Below, piece by piece: positions 25,434-38,096 of a stretch of DNA of 64,000 nt. Under the pieces are notes generated by a model. The model saw nothing but the letters and a program-made list of their open reading frames with translations. It ran no database searches and was not told the DNA's origin. This DNA is from Geosiphon pyriformis uo1 (Eukaryota; Fungi; Glomeromycota). The stretch covers positions 1,743,538-1,807,537 of the forward strand of contig JAAOMT010000128.1 of the NCBI GenBank assembly GCA_016748015.1, written 5' to 3'. The stretch's first letter is position 1, and the number at the start of each line of letters is the position of its first letter. The translations under genes and the position numbers were made by a program.

Positions 25434-28400
25434 CTGGCTAATACTTTTGATGGACACTTACTAGCCAAAGCTTTTACCTGATTCAATTTTAGAGGTGTTG
25501 AAAAAGTGATTAATTTCATCCTAATGAATAGAAATTTGGCATCTGCAATTGTATCGCATAAAGTCAATGATGTGTCTGAGTTTTTTGATACAGATTATAA
25601 GTTAGTTTCAGTTTTAATTGGATTGGGTAGACTACTGAATGTCCATCTTACTAGCATTTGCAGACAAGCCAACTGAGACTAATGGAAGTTCAAATTGGGA
25701 GATGTGAATGATGCTCAGTAGTTGGGCTTTAAAGACCATTTATCTGCTGAGTTGTTGGTTAAGTTGGAAACATTTAAGAAGGCAAGAAGCAATAATGACT
25801 TAAATACAATGTGGAAAATGTTGGAGGAAGCCATAATACAAGCTGGCAGTATGGTTTTCTCTAAGATTTGGTATAGTGAGTATGACTGTTCAAGGAACAA
25901 ACAATCTTCAAAATTCTTTAAATTAGAAATACTTGTTGCAAAAATTGTGAAATGTTGGAATTCTGGTGATCTACTGAATTTCAACTGTTTTATAAAGATC
26001 TGGCTAGCTATTGATAAAGTTGAAGCTTCCAAAGTTAATAGTATGGTTTTGAACAATGTGAGCTTGATGAATTTAATTAAACATTTGTTAGTAGTAAGAA
26101 AAAAGTATCAGAAATCTAAGTATTGTGAGTCTAAGATTGCTAAGGATACTGCTATAAAAAAGGTGATTGACTATCATATGAAAAACTTCTGTTCTGACAA
26201 AAAAAGAATAATAAAAAGCATTTTGAAGCATCCATTTCACAAGGTAGTTTTGGATTACTTGGTGGTGGATGATAAGATAGTAGTTGAATCTAATAAAGTA
26301 AAGCTCAAGGTTGATAAAATTATGAAAGAGTGAACAAGGAAGCAATCTGTTCTTCCAAAAATGCCTGACCTTTGGGCTTGACAATACATGCTTCTAGATT
26401 GTGTAGTTGATAATGCTTTCTCTGGTGTGATGAATGAAATTGGTATGGAGGAATTGTTTTTGGTTGTTGATAATTTGCCAAATGATAAAACAACTGAGTT
26501 GTCAGGAATATCTAATGAACTTTAGAAGCATTGTAGTGAAGAGATCTTGACTTGTCTGTTGAGGCTGCTGAATTTGTGTTTAAGTATGGATTCAGTGTCT
26601 GATTCTTGGAAGAAAGCATGAGTTTTGATGATTCCAAAACTTTACGAGTGGAATAGTGTTCTGACAAATATTAGACCTATCACATTAGTTGATACTGCTC
26701 ATAAAATTCTATCTAAGATTCTATCTGATCAGATATCTTTGGCTTGTAGCAAGTTTAATGTTCTTTGTGGTAACAATTTTTCAGTGTTGAAGAGTACTTC
26801 AACACAATCTCTTATTTTTGCTATTGGTTTAGTTGTTGAGGATACTCTGGAAAAAAACAGAGAGCTTTGGTTGATACTGCAAGATATGTACAAAGCTTAT
26901 GATTTGGTTGGCTGGCTTCATTTGTGGACAAGCTTGTATCACATTAAAATGTGTAAACATTTCATCTGATTTTTTGAAAACATTCATGAGAACTGGGTTA
27001 ACAGAGTGATAACAGACTTTGGGCTCTCAGATGGTTATAAGATACATAATGGGTTGGATCAAGGGGAGGTCTTTTTTCCACTGCTTTGGAGGATATTTTA
27101 CGATCTGCTTTTGTGTGAAGTTAAAAGGCATAAGCACTTATGTGGGTACAGAATCAATTCTAGGTTTGTGGCAAAGTCAGGCAGGATTGAGGCAAGTGAA
27201 GAAAGAACTTTTTTTTTGGCTGCTGGTGTCTTTGTTGATGATACAATTTGGGTTGAAAGTAGTCATGCATCTACACAGTATATATTAAACATTGCAAGTG
27301 AATTTTTTGTGGTCAATGACATTTTAATTAATAATGACAAGACAGTAACTATTCTTATCAATCAGAAAATTAAGAATGCTTTACTGTTAATCAATAGATC
27401 ACCAATTTTGATTGCTAAAAAGGATGAATTACACTAATATTTAGACATTTTTTTGTCAACTGAGGGTCTCTCTAAGCCTAGTTTGGCTCAAGCTCATATA
27501 GATATTAGGTTTTTTTCTAATATAGTGTTAAAGAAGGTTGTTACAAATAAACAATTCTGTTATTTGGTTTCAGCAGTTTTACAACCCATAGTTAGCTATT
27601 GTATGCAGTTCAGTTTTGTTTCTTCTGGTGTGTATCATAAGTGGAATGTTATAATTAGAAAAGATCTTAGATTTAAAACTGGTTTACCATGTGACTTTCC
27701 CAGTGAGATCTTATATCATCCTTTTTTGTATGGTTTGAAGCTCTTTGAGCAAGTACAGTCTGAAAGAAAGCTGGCATTATTGATTTTATTCTCCAATGGC
27801 TGCAGCATTATTGGATGCTTATTTGATCATAGATTCTTGAATTTGCAAGTTCTGAGTTGGGCTTCTCTGAATCCTTTACAGTTTTCTGTTAGATTGCAAG
27901 TTAGTCTTGTAAACAATTTTTTGGCAAGGGTGGTAAAGATTTTTTTGGAGAATGAATTGTCATTGATGAACAATCTGCTTAATGCCTTTCGTGGGTCTGA
28001 TGATTTTCTAATGTCTAGTATTCTGGGTCAGTTTTTGTATTACAAATATGTCTTTTCATTAAAGTAATTTGGTGTTGTTTTTGGTGACAGAATTCTTGAT
28101 AAGAAAGGAAGGGTAATGAACTGGAAGACATTTCATCATTGGAAGTGGTTGGACCCAAGGGGTCCAGTATCTCATTGGTTCTTTTTAACATCTGGTTTTA
28201 TAAACAAATCTGTTTCTTTGGGGAATGAAACTACTACTGCTGTCAAGAAAAATGTGCTGAGTGTTTTGAATTCTGGTAAGTTTTTTGATGTCTGCAATAA
28301 TTTACTGAAAGTGTGGTCTGATTGTATTAAGGTTTATATAGATGAATCCTTAAGATGTGCTGGTTCTGCTGAAGTGGTGGGTGGAATGGCTGCATACTTT

Positions 28401-29992
28401 CCAGCTGTGGATGCTGGTATTGGGGTTAGTGTGGCTGAGCTTTTGTCCTCTACTTTGACTGAATTACAAGCTGTAGTATTGGCACTGAAGTGTGTTCTAT
28501 CTTTGTGCTTGATTGTTTTGTACTCAAATAGTTAATCTACAATTAATGTCTGTATCTCCGAGGCTTCTGTCACTATGCCTGACTTCTGTAATCAATGTTG
28601 AATCAAAAGATTGCATATAGACAATCTTCTTAAAAATAAAAATATTTCAGTTAAGTGGGTGAAAGTTAAGAGACATTCAGATGTATTAGGCAATGTTAGA
28701 ACTGATATATTGGCTAGTGAAGCAACTTCCTCATCTCTGTCTTTGCCAATAAGAATTTAGGAGAGATTTCTGGTTACTGAAAAAACTGCCATATTTGGCA
28801 ATGCTTGTTATTTGTTTGAGACTTATACCAGTCAATATGCCATGCCTGTTGGAAGGCTGGTCTGGGTTTTGACATAATTCTTGATGTTATAATTAAGAAA
28901 ATAGATTAAGAGACTACTGCAACAGTTTGGCATCCTGATTCACACATGTTTTCTGAGTTTATCAGTAGAAAGTCAGCCAATCTGCATATGTATTTGATAA
29001 AGGCTGTCTATAGGCGACTGCCAGTTGCAGTTAGGAAAAGATTGTATAACAAAGATTATCCTAAAGTGTTGTGTTTGTTGTGTAACAAGGTAGAATTATC
29101 TGATCATGTTTTTACTTGTTCTGATGACTTTGGTCTTTATAAGGACATTTTGGTAGAAGCTGCTAAAAAATGGATGTCAATGTCTGGTCTTTTGTGTTTG
29201 TTTGCATTTGCTATTCTGCTTTTGCTTCCATTGTGTTCTTTGGATGCGAGTCTTTATATAACAGTTTGCAAGGGTTTTGTAATAAAGGATTGGTATGTTG
29301 AAGCTGTCTCAGTTTTTGAAGGGAAAAAAAGGCTGCACTAGCTCTGGTAAAATACATTAGGTTTGTGATAGAGTTGCATTACATTAGAGTATGAACTATT
29401 AGAGCCAAGCATAAAGTGAATATGGAAAAAGCTGGCCATATGTAGTCTGTGCATGAGCTGCATTTAGTTGGTTCTATTTAGTTTGATTCTATGTACTAGA
29501 TAGCAGTTGAGCTTCATTCATAAAACTTGTAATAAAAAAAAATATATGTTATAAATTAAAACAAGATTTAAGTTGATTTGGAATTTTAATTTAACTTAAG
29601 TTAATTTAGAATTTTTAATTCAATACTGTGTTAATTCTAAATTAACTCAATTAATTATATTATTTGGTTAATTAACTAGTAAAAAGTTTTTTTTTATTAG
29701 CTAGTTAAAAAAATCAAAGTTTTATTATTTGACATATTTTTTTATTATTATTTTTAATTATTATAAGTATTATTACTGCTATTATAATATTATGTATTAC
29801 ATAAAATTTTGGCTTTTTTGTAATTATAATAATTAATTTTACAGCTTTCTTTATAATTGTATTAATAATTTATTATTTCTTTCTAACTTTAATATAAGAT
29901 TGTTTTACATAAAAAAATAAAAATATTTGATATTTCTCATAATTTTAAAAAATTAATAGTTTTAGTAGACATTAATTCTATTATATAATAAG

Positions 29993-32900
29993 CAGTCAGA
30001 ATGCTACTCAGCATATTCTCAATATTGCTAGTGATTTCTTTTGGATTAATAATATTTCAATCAATAATGATAAAACAATGACCATTCCAATTAATAGTAG
30101 AGTTAGCATTCCCTTTTTTTCTATTAGTAACACACCTATTTCTATTACCAAAAAAGATAAACCTTATCAGTACCTAAATATTTTTCTTTTGACTGAAGGT
30201 TTTTTGAAGTTTAGTTTGACTAAGGCACATTCGAATATTTGCTTTTTTACCAATTTGGTTCTGAGAAAAATAGTTTCAGATAAGCAGTTTTTGTATTTGG
30301 TGTCAGCAGTTTTTCATTTTATAGTCAGTTATAAAATGCAGTTTAGTTTTGTTTTGGTTAATGTGTGCAACAAATGGGATGCTATGATTCGTAAAAGGCT
30401 AAAGCTTAAGTTTGGTCTGTCTTTTGACTTTCCTAGTGATACAATTCACCACCTCTCCTTTTATGATTTGAAATCTTTTGTGCAAATTCAATCTGAAAGT
30501 AAGATTGCTTCTCTTATTAGCTTTGTGAACTCCAGTAGAATTCTGGATTGATTGTTTTCTTACAGGTCTCATGATTTGCAAGTTCTTTGTTGGCATCCTG
30601 TTCATTCTTTAAGCTTTTTTGTTTGTGTTTGTGTTAGTATTTCTAATAATTTTTTAGTAGGCATGGTTCGTGTTCTTTATGACTGCAGTTTGTTTATTAG
30701 TGGCTCTTTGGCCAATTCTTTTCACTTTTGTGGTGGGATTCCCATGTCTGTTGTTCTTGGTGAATCAAAGTTTTTTAAGTTTTTTCCTTTTCTTCAATGA
30801 TATGACATTGCATTTGTGGATCAGCTTCATAATTGTCATGGTGCTGTCTTTAATTGGTACATATTTAAGTGGTAGAAGAGGCTAAACCTCTGTGGCTCTG
30901 TTTTTGAATGGTTCAAATTTTCCTTTGTATTTCTCAATAATGTGGATTTGTCTTTAAATTTTCCTTTAGTATTGAGTGATGTTGGTCTTCTAAACATTTT
31001 AGGCTCAAGCAGTTTTGTGTCTGTATGTGATTATCTGTCTCAAATAGATACTGGTAGTTTATCTGTGTATATGGTGTTACCAGTAGAATTTTAGCTATTA
31101 ATTAGCAGAAAAATTACCCTTATAATTCCTATAATTAATTAGTATATTAATATCATTTCAAATTATCATTTATTATTTAATCAATTATCACATATCACAA
31201 TTCAATTAAATAATCCAATTAGTATAACAGAAAGTAGAATGATCAAATTACACAATACCCTGAACTTTGTAACATTCTAAAATTCACTGAAATTTACAGA
31301 AATTTACTGAAATTTATAAAAAATTCACCAAAATTATGAATAGTTCACCTAAATTAATCAATAGTTCAGTGAAATAACTTGTAGTTTATCAAAATGTATT
31401 TTTAGTTTGCCAAAATTTGAACAAAGAGAAAAAGTGCAAGTTCATAAACTAGTACTACAACAAGTTGTATAAAAGAAGAGATTTTCTCTTCAAGAAAATG
31501 TATTTTCTCATAATACCTTACCATAGTATCTTACTTTAGATATCTTAATTGAAACAAATCATTTTTTACAAAATCAAATAAAAATTAAATATTTGAAAAC
31601 CAAATTCTTAAATTATTACACTTGAAATTCCCTCAACACAACTAATGTTTTGAAATTGATTAGCTACCAATTTCAATAAACTGTTAGTGACTCCAGGCCT
31701 GGATAGAAAACGTTTCCTTTGATAAAATCCTATTTCTTTTATATTTCTTTTATTTTTCTTTTCTTTTCTTATTACAATCATTAGGGTAGTCTACAGATGA
31801 GATTCCTGTAAAAGAGTTGACTTTCACAGCAAAATAACTACACATTTTTTAGTAAGCTTCTAGATGAGCAATTCCTGGGAAAGAGTTGACATTTACTACA
31901 ATGTAACTACATAAAGTAACTGGCAAGAAATTGGCCATTCCACTTATAAGCCCAGCAGTTCAAATTATAGGAGATAATTTGAAGATAAATTCAGTTATTA
32001 AAGATTCAACTACTTCTAAAAAACGTGAATTTGCAACCAACAGACAGTTACAACATTCAAGAAAAGAGACCAAAAACCTCCAGTAACAATGGATAGGTCT
32101 CTAAAGAGTTTGAATACAGTTGGCTGTAGAACTGGTGCTGCTGTTTTTTTTGAAGACATTGGTTTGGGTTTGGGCATTGGTGTATTGAGTTTGATATCAT
32201 CTACTTTGGCTGAAATGCAAGCTATTGTATTGGCTCTGGAGTATGTTTCTCTGTTTAGTTCTGTTTACTTGTTTTTAGATAGTCAATCTGTTTTGGATGC
32301 TTGCAAGTCAGAATTAAATTTGGTGTGTCCTAATTTTTGTAATTAGTACTGGGTTGAGCGTCAGCATATTGTTAATGTTATTTGCAGTAAAAATTTGAGT
32401 GTTAGTTGGAACAAAGTGAAGAGTCACTCTGACATTCCAAGAAATGAGCATACTAATGTGATTGTTGGTAACACTTTTATTTCTGGCTGGTTTTTTCCTC
32501 CTTGTCTGAATGAATATTTTTTGGTAGCTGATGGCAGTATTATTTCTGGTAATTCTAGACATTTTGTTTATGACATTTATTGTTCTGTTTGTCATGTGCA
32601 TTGGGAGGTTGGCTCTGGCTCAAAGTTTTTGGCTCGTGATTTGCTTTCTGAGATTAATTGGCACTGTTTTTTGTTAATTTGGCATCCTAATTTGTATATG
32701 GCTGCCGGTTATACTAGCAAAACATTAGCTAATATGTGCACTTATTTTATAAAGCTTTGCATCATTGGTTGCCTATGGCCATTTGTAAGTGCCTCTATAA
32801 TAAACATTATTCCAATGTATTGTGCTTGCACTGTGGTGAGGTGGAAGTATCAGATTATGTGTTTTTCTGTAGAGTTAACAAGTTTGCTCAATGTCAGTTA

Positions 32901-33496
32901 CTAGAATCCTGCATGAATTCTTAAAAGTCGCTTTCAGATCTCTCCTATTCCTCTTTGAGTGTACTTTAGTTGCTTTCAATCTGTGTTTCTGATTCCTCTT
33001 TATCAATGATTCTTTTTAAGGATTGTGTTTTTGAAGGTTGTTTTTGTAAGGCTGTTTCCATCTTCCATAATTCTAAAGTTGCTTGTCAAGAGGTTGTTGA
33101 ATTTGTGCACTCTCTTAGTCTTGCTTTTAAGAATAATATCTGGTTAGTTTGTGCTAAACATTGTGCATATATGGAAAAGAATGGTTTGATTCCCTTAGAT
33201 GGTTTTGTTCTTATATTGGTCTCTGGTTTGACTTCAGGGTTTTCTGCTGGTATGGTTAAAATGCTTGGCATAACTGAGGCTTTTGGTGTATGTTTTGGTT
33301 TTCACAAATCTTGTTTTTTTTTTTTTGGAGTAGGTGATTCAGTTTCAGTTTGTATAGCTACATAGTGTTGTTCTGATCAGTCCAAGTGGCTGGTTATGTG
33401 TAGAAAAAACATAATTCACACCTAGTATAGATTATTTTTTTGATGTATAAAACTAGGCAATGTTTGGATCTCACTTGTTAAATAATAATAATAAAA
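29993..33496 (+). mobile_element. 5'-truncated LINE (copy D): RT C-terminus, RNase H, CCHC, 3' UTR, A-rich tail
   Basis: ORF fragments homologous to copy C ORF2, stop at 33365. 10-bp TSD ATATAATAAG at 29983-29992 and 33497-33506. Confidence 0.92.
31075..32088 (+). mobile_element. Solo LTR (family 3) inserted in the LINE RNase H VY-D motif
   Basis: TGTTACCAG...CCAGTAACA termini, perfect ATGG TSD. Second copy at 52932-53904. Confidence 0.93.
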
Positions 33497-33999
33497 ATAT
33501 AATAAGAATTTTTTAATATTTTTTACTTTTATTCCAGTTTATATAATTTTTTATTAACAGTTTTGATTATTTTGCAAATAAAAAGCTTTTTATTAGTATC
33601 TAAATAGTTAATCTTTGGAATTCTAATTTACACAAAATTTTCAATCTTATAAAATATTTTTTACTTTGCATTTTTATGCAGTATTATTTTGGTATTATTA
33701 CATATTAGTTATAAACAATTTAATATATTTATAATGATTAGTAAGTAAGTTAGTAATATTGTATAACATATTGTTTTAGTTATCATTATTTTATTAAAAA
33801 ATATGAGATTAATACAGAATAATATTAAATTATACAAATAATAAAAAATATTAATTTGTTTTTTGAAATTATAATAGAAGAAATATAGAATTATTAGAAT
33901 AAATACTAGTATTTTTTAAGAAATTACTTGATTTTTTACTTGTAACTTGATTTTTTTTAATTGTTTTTTAATATTATTTATTATGTTATATTATTGCTA

Positions 34000-35625
34000 C
34001 TGATTTAGTAATTGTTATTATTGCTTTTAGTTATTTTGCTATAATTATTGATTATCTTACTGTTATTACTGATTATTTTATTATTTATTATTTTATTACT
34101 ACTTATGATTATCTTATTATTAGTTATCTTATTGCTACTGCTAATTATTTTGTTATTTATTATCTTATTGCTGTTATTGATTATTTTGTTACTTATTATT
34201 TTATTGCTGTTACTAATTATTTTGTCACATATTATTTTGTTATTACTGTTAATTATCTTGTTACTTATTATTTTATTATTACTGCTAGTTATTTTGTTAC
34301 ATATTATCTTATTATTATTACTGATTATCTTATCATCTATTATCTTGTTGCTAATGCTAGTTATTTTGTTATTAATTATCTTATTGTTATTATTAGTTAT
34401 CTTGTTATTATAATTTGTTTTGCTACTAGTTATTATTATTTTTAATTTCTTGCTAAATTGGTTTTTTATTAGCTAAATTTATATTTAAATCATTAGAAAA
34501 ATCTTTTTTTTGCATAATTAATTGTTTAAAAAGAGACTTAAAAAAAAATAATTTATACAAAATTTTCTTCTAAATATTATTTAATAAAATAGAAAATTAG
34601 TAATTATAGAAACTTTTATATTTATTGTATTTAAACATAAAAATAAATTAATTATTATTTAAATAATTTAACCAATATAAAAATAATGTTTTTTACATAT
34701 TACTTAATATAAACTATATAACTAATTATTAGTTTCTTTATTCTTTATCTATTTTAAAAGTTTTTGTTAAAATATATTATTTGCTTATTTGATTAATTTT
34801 TGGAATTAAAGATATCTTAAACATCTATTTATAATATGAATAGTTGATTTTATTAGTTATAAACTCTTTTTTATTATTAGTTTAAAAAATAATTTAAGAT
34901 CTAAATATAATAAAATGTTAAAAAAGAAAGCTTGTTACTTCTTTTGCTGCTTTAGAAAAAAAAATTATAGTTTAAAAAAATGTTGTAAAATAATTCTAAG
35001 CATAACAATTATATTTGTAAGAATTATTTGGTTAATTGTATATATTAACCAAGTTTATTTGTAAATGATACATGAAATTTTTTATTAAAATTGATTTTGC
35101 AACTATTAGTTAAACTAAGAATTATTATATAATGTATTTAGTACAGTAAGAACAAAATTGTTTTACTAAATCTTCAAATACCAAAGTGTATTTATTTTTA
35201 ATCTATAAATAAAAAATTATTAATATCTATTTATATAAAAAATTAAATTAATATTATATACTGTGTTATAACTTTTGCTAATTTTTTCATGTCTATTTCT
35301 AAATAAAATTCACATAGTTTTTTATATAATTTTTTTTTAAACAGACTGGTTTTTTTGTTTTTTTAAGATAAAATATATCTTGTCTTCTGACTTGTACAAT
35401 ATAAAAGATAATGTGTACTTAATACTTCAATTTAGAAATAAAGTTTTCTTCTTTAAGAGTATTTTTTAATATCTCAATATATTGGTTTATGTAATCTTAA
35501 GAAAGCAAAGTTTTGGTTCATTTTTTTTCACTTCTAATTAATAAATAAGTTTCAAGAAGGTCAGAAAATGTTTCTTGAATAAGCCATTCATAATTTATCA
35601 ATGATAAATGGTGTTGGGAAGCCAT
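34000..35625 (-). pseudogene. Decayed Ginger transposase with zinc-binding HHCC region, DDE core and low-complexity C-terminal repeats
   Basis: ATG at 35625 (MASQHHLS...KKPVCL..LY..LCEF). Core motifs at 35064-34780 restore to LQIDLVD, QTDNGKEF, IINGRPRHPQSQGLIERAN almost entirely by reversing C>T/G>A. Confidence 0.8.
34005..34430. repeat. Degenerate 15/21-bp tandem repeat (coding repeat of the Ginger ORF)
   Basis: Periodic TTATTTTG/TTATCTTG units; produces the spurious poly-Leu/Ile ORF. Confidence 0.8.
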
Positions 35626-36260
35626 AAAAAAACGCGTCAAATATCAAAACTTTGATTTTTTTGATTGGCTAATGAAAGGAAAACTTTTTACTGGCCAATT
35701 AACCAAATAATGTGATTGGTTGAGTTGATTCGGAATCAACACAGTGTTGAATTAATGATTCCGAATTAACTCAAGTTGAATTAAAATTCCAAATCAACTC
35801 AAATCCTGTTCCAACTTATGACATATATATTAATTTATTGTTTGATATTTTTTTGTGCCAAGATTAGTCATCTGCCAAGTAAAATTGATTTTGACAGTCT
35901 TTGGAATGGTAAATTTACTGGCTATTTTTCTTTGGTTCCGTTTTCAATACTTGTCTCGATCACCAATTAAGGAATCACTTGGCTCGAAATCGATGCTTTG
36001 GCTTGACTTCTTGGCTTTTTTCGTCATTAAGTTTTTTAAATAATTAGAATGACAAGTTTTAATTTATTATGATCACATATCAATGGAAATCTATCCAATG
36101 GCATATCAAAAACCACGTGAAATTTTGGGAAGCGAAAGAATATAAAAATGATCAATTTTTGATATTTAATTTTTCACAATTTCCCCCTCAACAGAGACCT
36201 CAAAATCTACTCTTTGAGCTACTTGAAATAACACTTATTCTTTTTATAATTTCCAAAAAC

Positions 36261-36754
36261 ATGGCAGCAGATAGAACTGAAGCACTTGACACTTTGAAAG
36301 CGATGTTCCCAGACATAGACTATCTTGAGGAAGTCTTAGCGGCAAACAATGGGGCCCTAGAACCAACGTTGAACTCTCTTTTGGAAATCACCGACCCAAA
36401 TTATAAAAGTGAAGAAAGTGTAGTACCTGTTCAGACAGAGGTATCTTTCATTTTACTTTCGAGAACCCGTATAAAAATATGCATGTGCATTATATTATGG
36501 TCACTCTTCTATGTCTGATAATGCTTGACATTTTTGGTCCAGAGCGGGATATTGACTTCAACGTCGCGTGAGCAATTATTGCGTGACGAAGAACTAGCAC
36601 GTAATTTGGCAGCCGAAGCTGATAGTAAGTTTGAAAAATTTCCAGTTAATGTATTAAAATCGTTGATCTTTATACAGTTTGATTTCTATTATAGGGGCAG
36701 CTGGTTATGCTCCGACTTCTCATCTTGGACCAGGTTTGCCGCAACGGCCGTCCC

Positions 36755-36789
<35 letters not shown>

Positions 36790-37752
36790 GAGCAGCAGCA
36801 ATCAGACTTTAACCTCGCAGGTAGGATTGGAGGTTTTTACAGCTTTATGATCACGTAAATAAAACTTAAATTTATCTTAACATTCTATAATCAGATGAGC
36901 TACCAATAATCAAAGAAAGATTGGTGAATGCCGCCGACAGTATGTAAAATATATTCAACATATCCAATTAGGCAGTTTTTTATCATTATCTTTTTCAATT
37001 TTGACATAAAATTTCTCATTTCAGCAACAAAAAAGAAGGTCAAAGAATGGTATGGTCGTATCAGGCAACAGACTCTTTCAGAAAACGATCAAAATCAAGC
37101 AACCAACCCACAATACACAAACCTACCACAAAATGAGACTGACAATGATTTGTGGAATAATGATTTTCCACCAATTTCATCTGAGGGCAATAATACATAC
37201 CAACAAGCTTCCTGGCCAAGCACAAAACCAACAGCAAATCAATCACTTCGCCAGCGGTTTTCATCTTCCGGTAGCGATAATAACTATAGGTTTGGAGGTT
37301 CTACTGGTACAAATGCCATATCTACTTCTACTTTCTCTTCCTCCTCCTCGAGGAGTAACGAAGGGCCAATAAAAATTGTAAGGGAGAATAGTAATGATAT
37401 TATGCGAGCTACTAGTAGTCCTGGATCAGCTGCCACCCCAACTCGAGGAGAATTTGTTATTACCCCATATGAAATAGGTATTAGGTTTCCTCGTGAATTT
37501 AAAACAAACATCTGATTTTTGCAAGGATCAAAAATGAAATTTGCCTCCCACTCTGCAATTCTTTTTTAGCTGAAACACAACAAACTGATCTTCCTAAAGT
37601 AGCTTCAAGCCCACGACGTTATGATATGCTTAGGGCATCAAGCGCAGGCACGTGAATAATTATATAATTTCAGTTGTAATCATTCTTATTTACTTTTAGT
37701 CAATTAATATTTTGTTACAGATGCCGAAGAAATTGAGAAACAGTTGAAATAG
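36261..37752 (+). CDS. CUE-domain ubiquitin-binding protein (Cue5-like), multi-exon
   Basis: LKAMFPDID..EEVLAANNGALEPTLNSLLEITDP, DEELARNL, poly-Q, DELPIIKE. Exons 36261-36440, 36543-36624, 36695-36820, 36895-36939, 37025-37477, 37570-37647, 37721-37752 (last junction uncertain). Confidence 0.85.
36753..36788 (+). repeat. (CAA)n poly-Gln microsatellite in the CUE gene
   Basis: About 12 perfect CAA units, in frame. Confidence 0.9.
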
Positions 37753-38096
37753 AAAATCCCGAGCGTATGAAATTTTCGGGGGATGAACTTGAATTTTGTA
37801 TATTTGGTTTTTAATATTTAATTAGTTTTTCCATTGCTACTTTCTCTTGATAAAGTTCTATTAAATTTGCTAAATATTAAGTATTCAGTTGGCTTCCAAG
37901 TATTAAGATGCTATAGGAAGAATGTCATGATACTTTAGTACGAACAAGCCCGGTAATGGAACTCTGGGCACGATAGCCATCTAAAAAGGCATCAAACAAC
38001 AAGCCTGGTACACAAAATATTTACTCAAGATTACACATACCTTGAATATATATATATAGGACGAAACCAAAGCTTCTATTCAACATTTAAGGAATT

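Larger units (their letters stand above)
12922..29542 (+). mobile_element. Near full-length LINE (copy C): ORF1, ORF2 (APE-RT-RNase H-CCHC), 3' UTR, poly(A); split by a 10.1-kb Gypsy
   Basis: ORF1 13046-14796. ORF2 14796-15306 resumes at 25438 (LGLGL|ANTFDGH). RT motifs RPITLV, QDMYKAYD, QGEV.FP, FVDD. RNase H VYIDES/ELQAV/KVKRHSDVLGN. CLLC..DHVFTC. A-tail at 29531-29542. Confidence 0.95.
29547..35823 (-). mobile_element. Ginger2/TDD-type DNA transposon (integrase-like transposase, ~200-bp TIRs, TGT...ACA termini, TATA TSD), containing a LINE insertion
   Basis: TIRs at 29547-29745 and 35625-35823. Minus-strand decayed rve motifs LQINLVN, SKAAKEVTSFLF, *TNNKKEF, IINRCLRYL*FQKLIK*AN. Confidence 0.85.

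Noticed and set aside
34048-34413. 121-aa poly-Leu/Ile membrane-like ORF
   Set aside because: It is the antisense reading of a decayed tandem repeat, not a credible protein.
36069-36260. N-terminal extension of the CUE ORF in the ORF track
   Set aside because: Promoter/UTR-like composition; the ATG at 36261 has an A-rich context and directly precedes the CUE domain.
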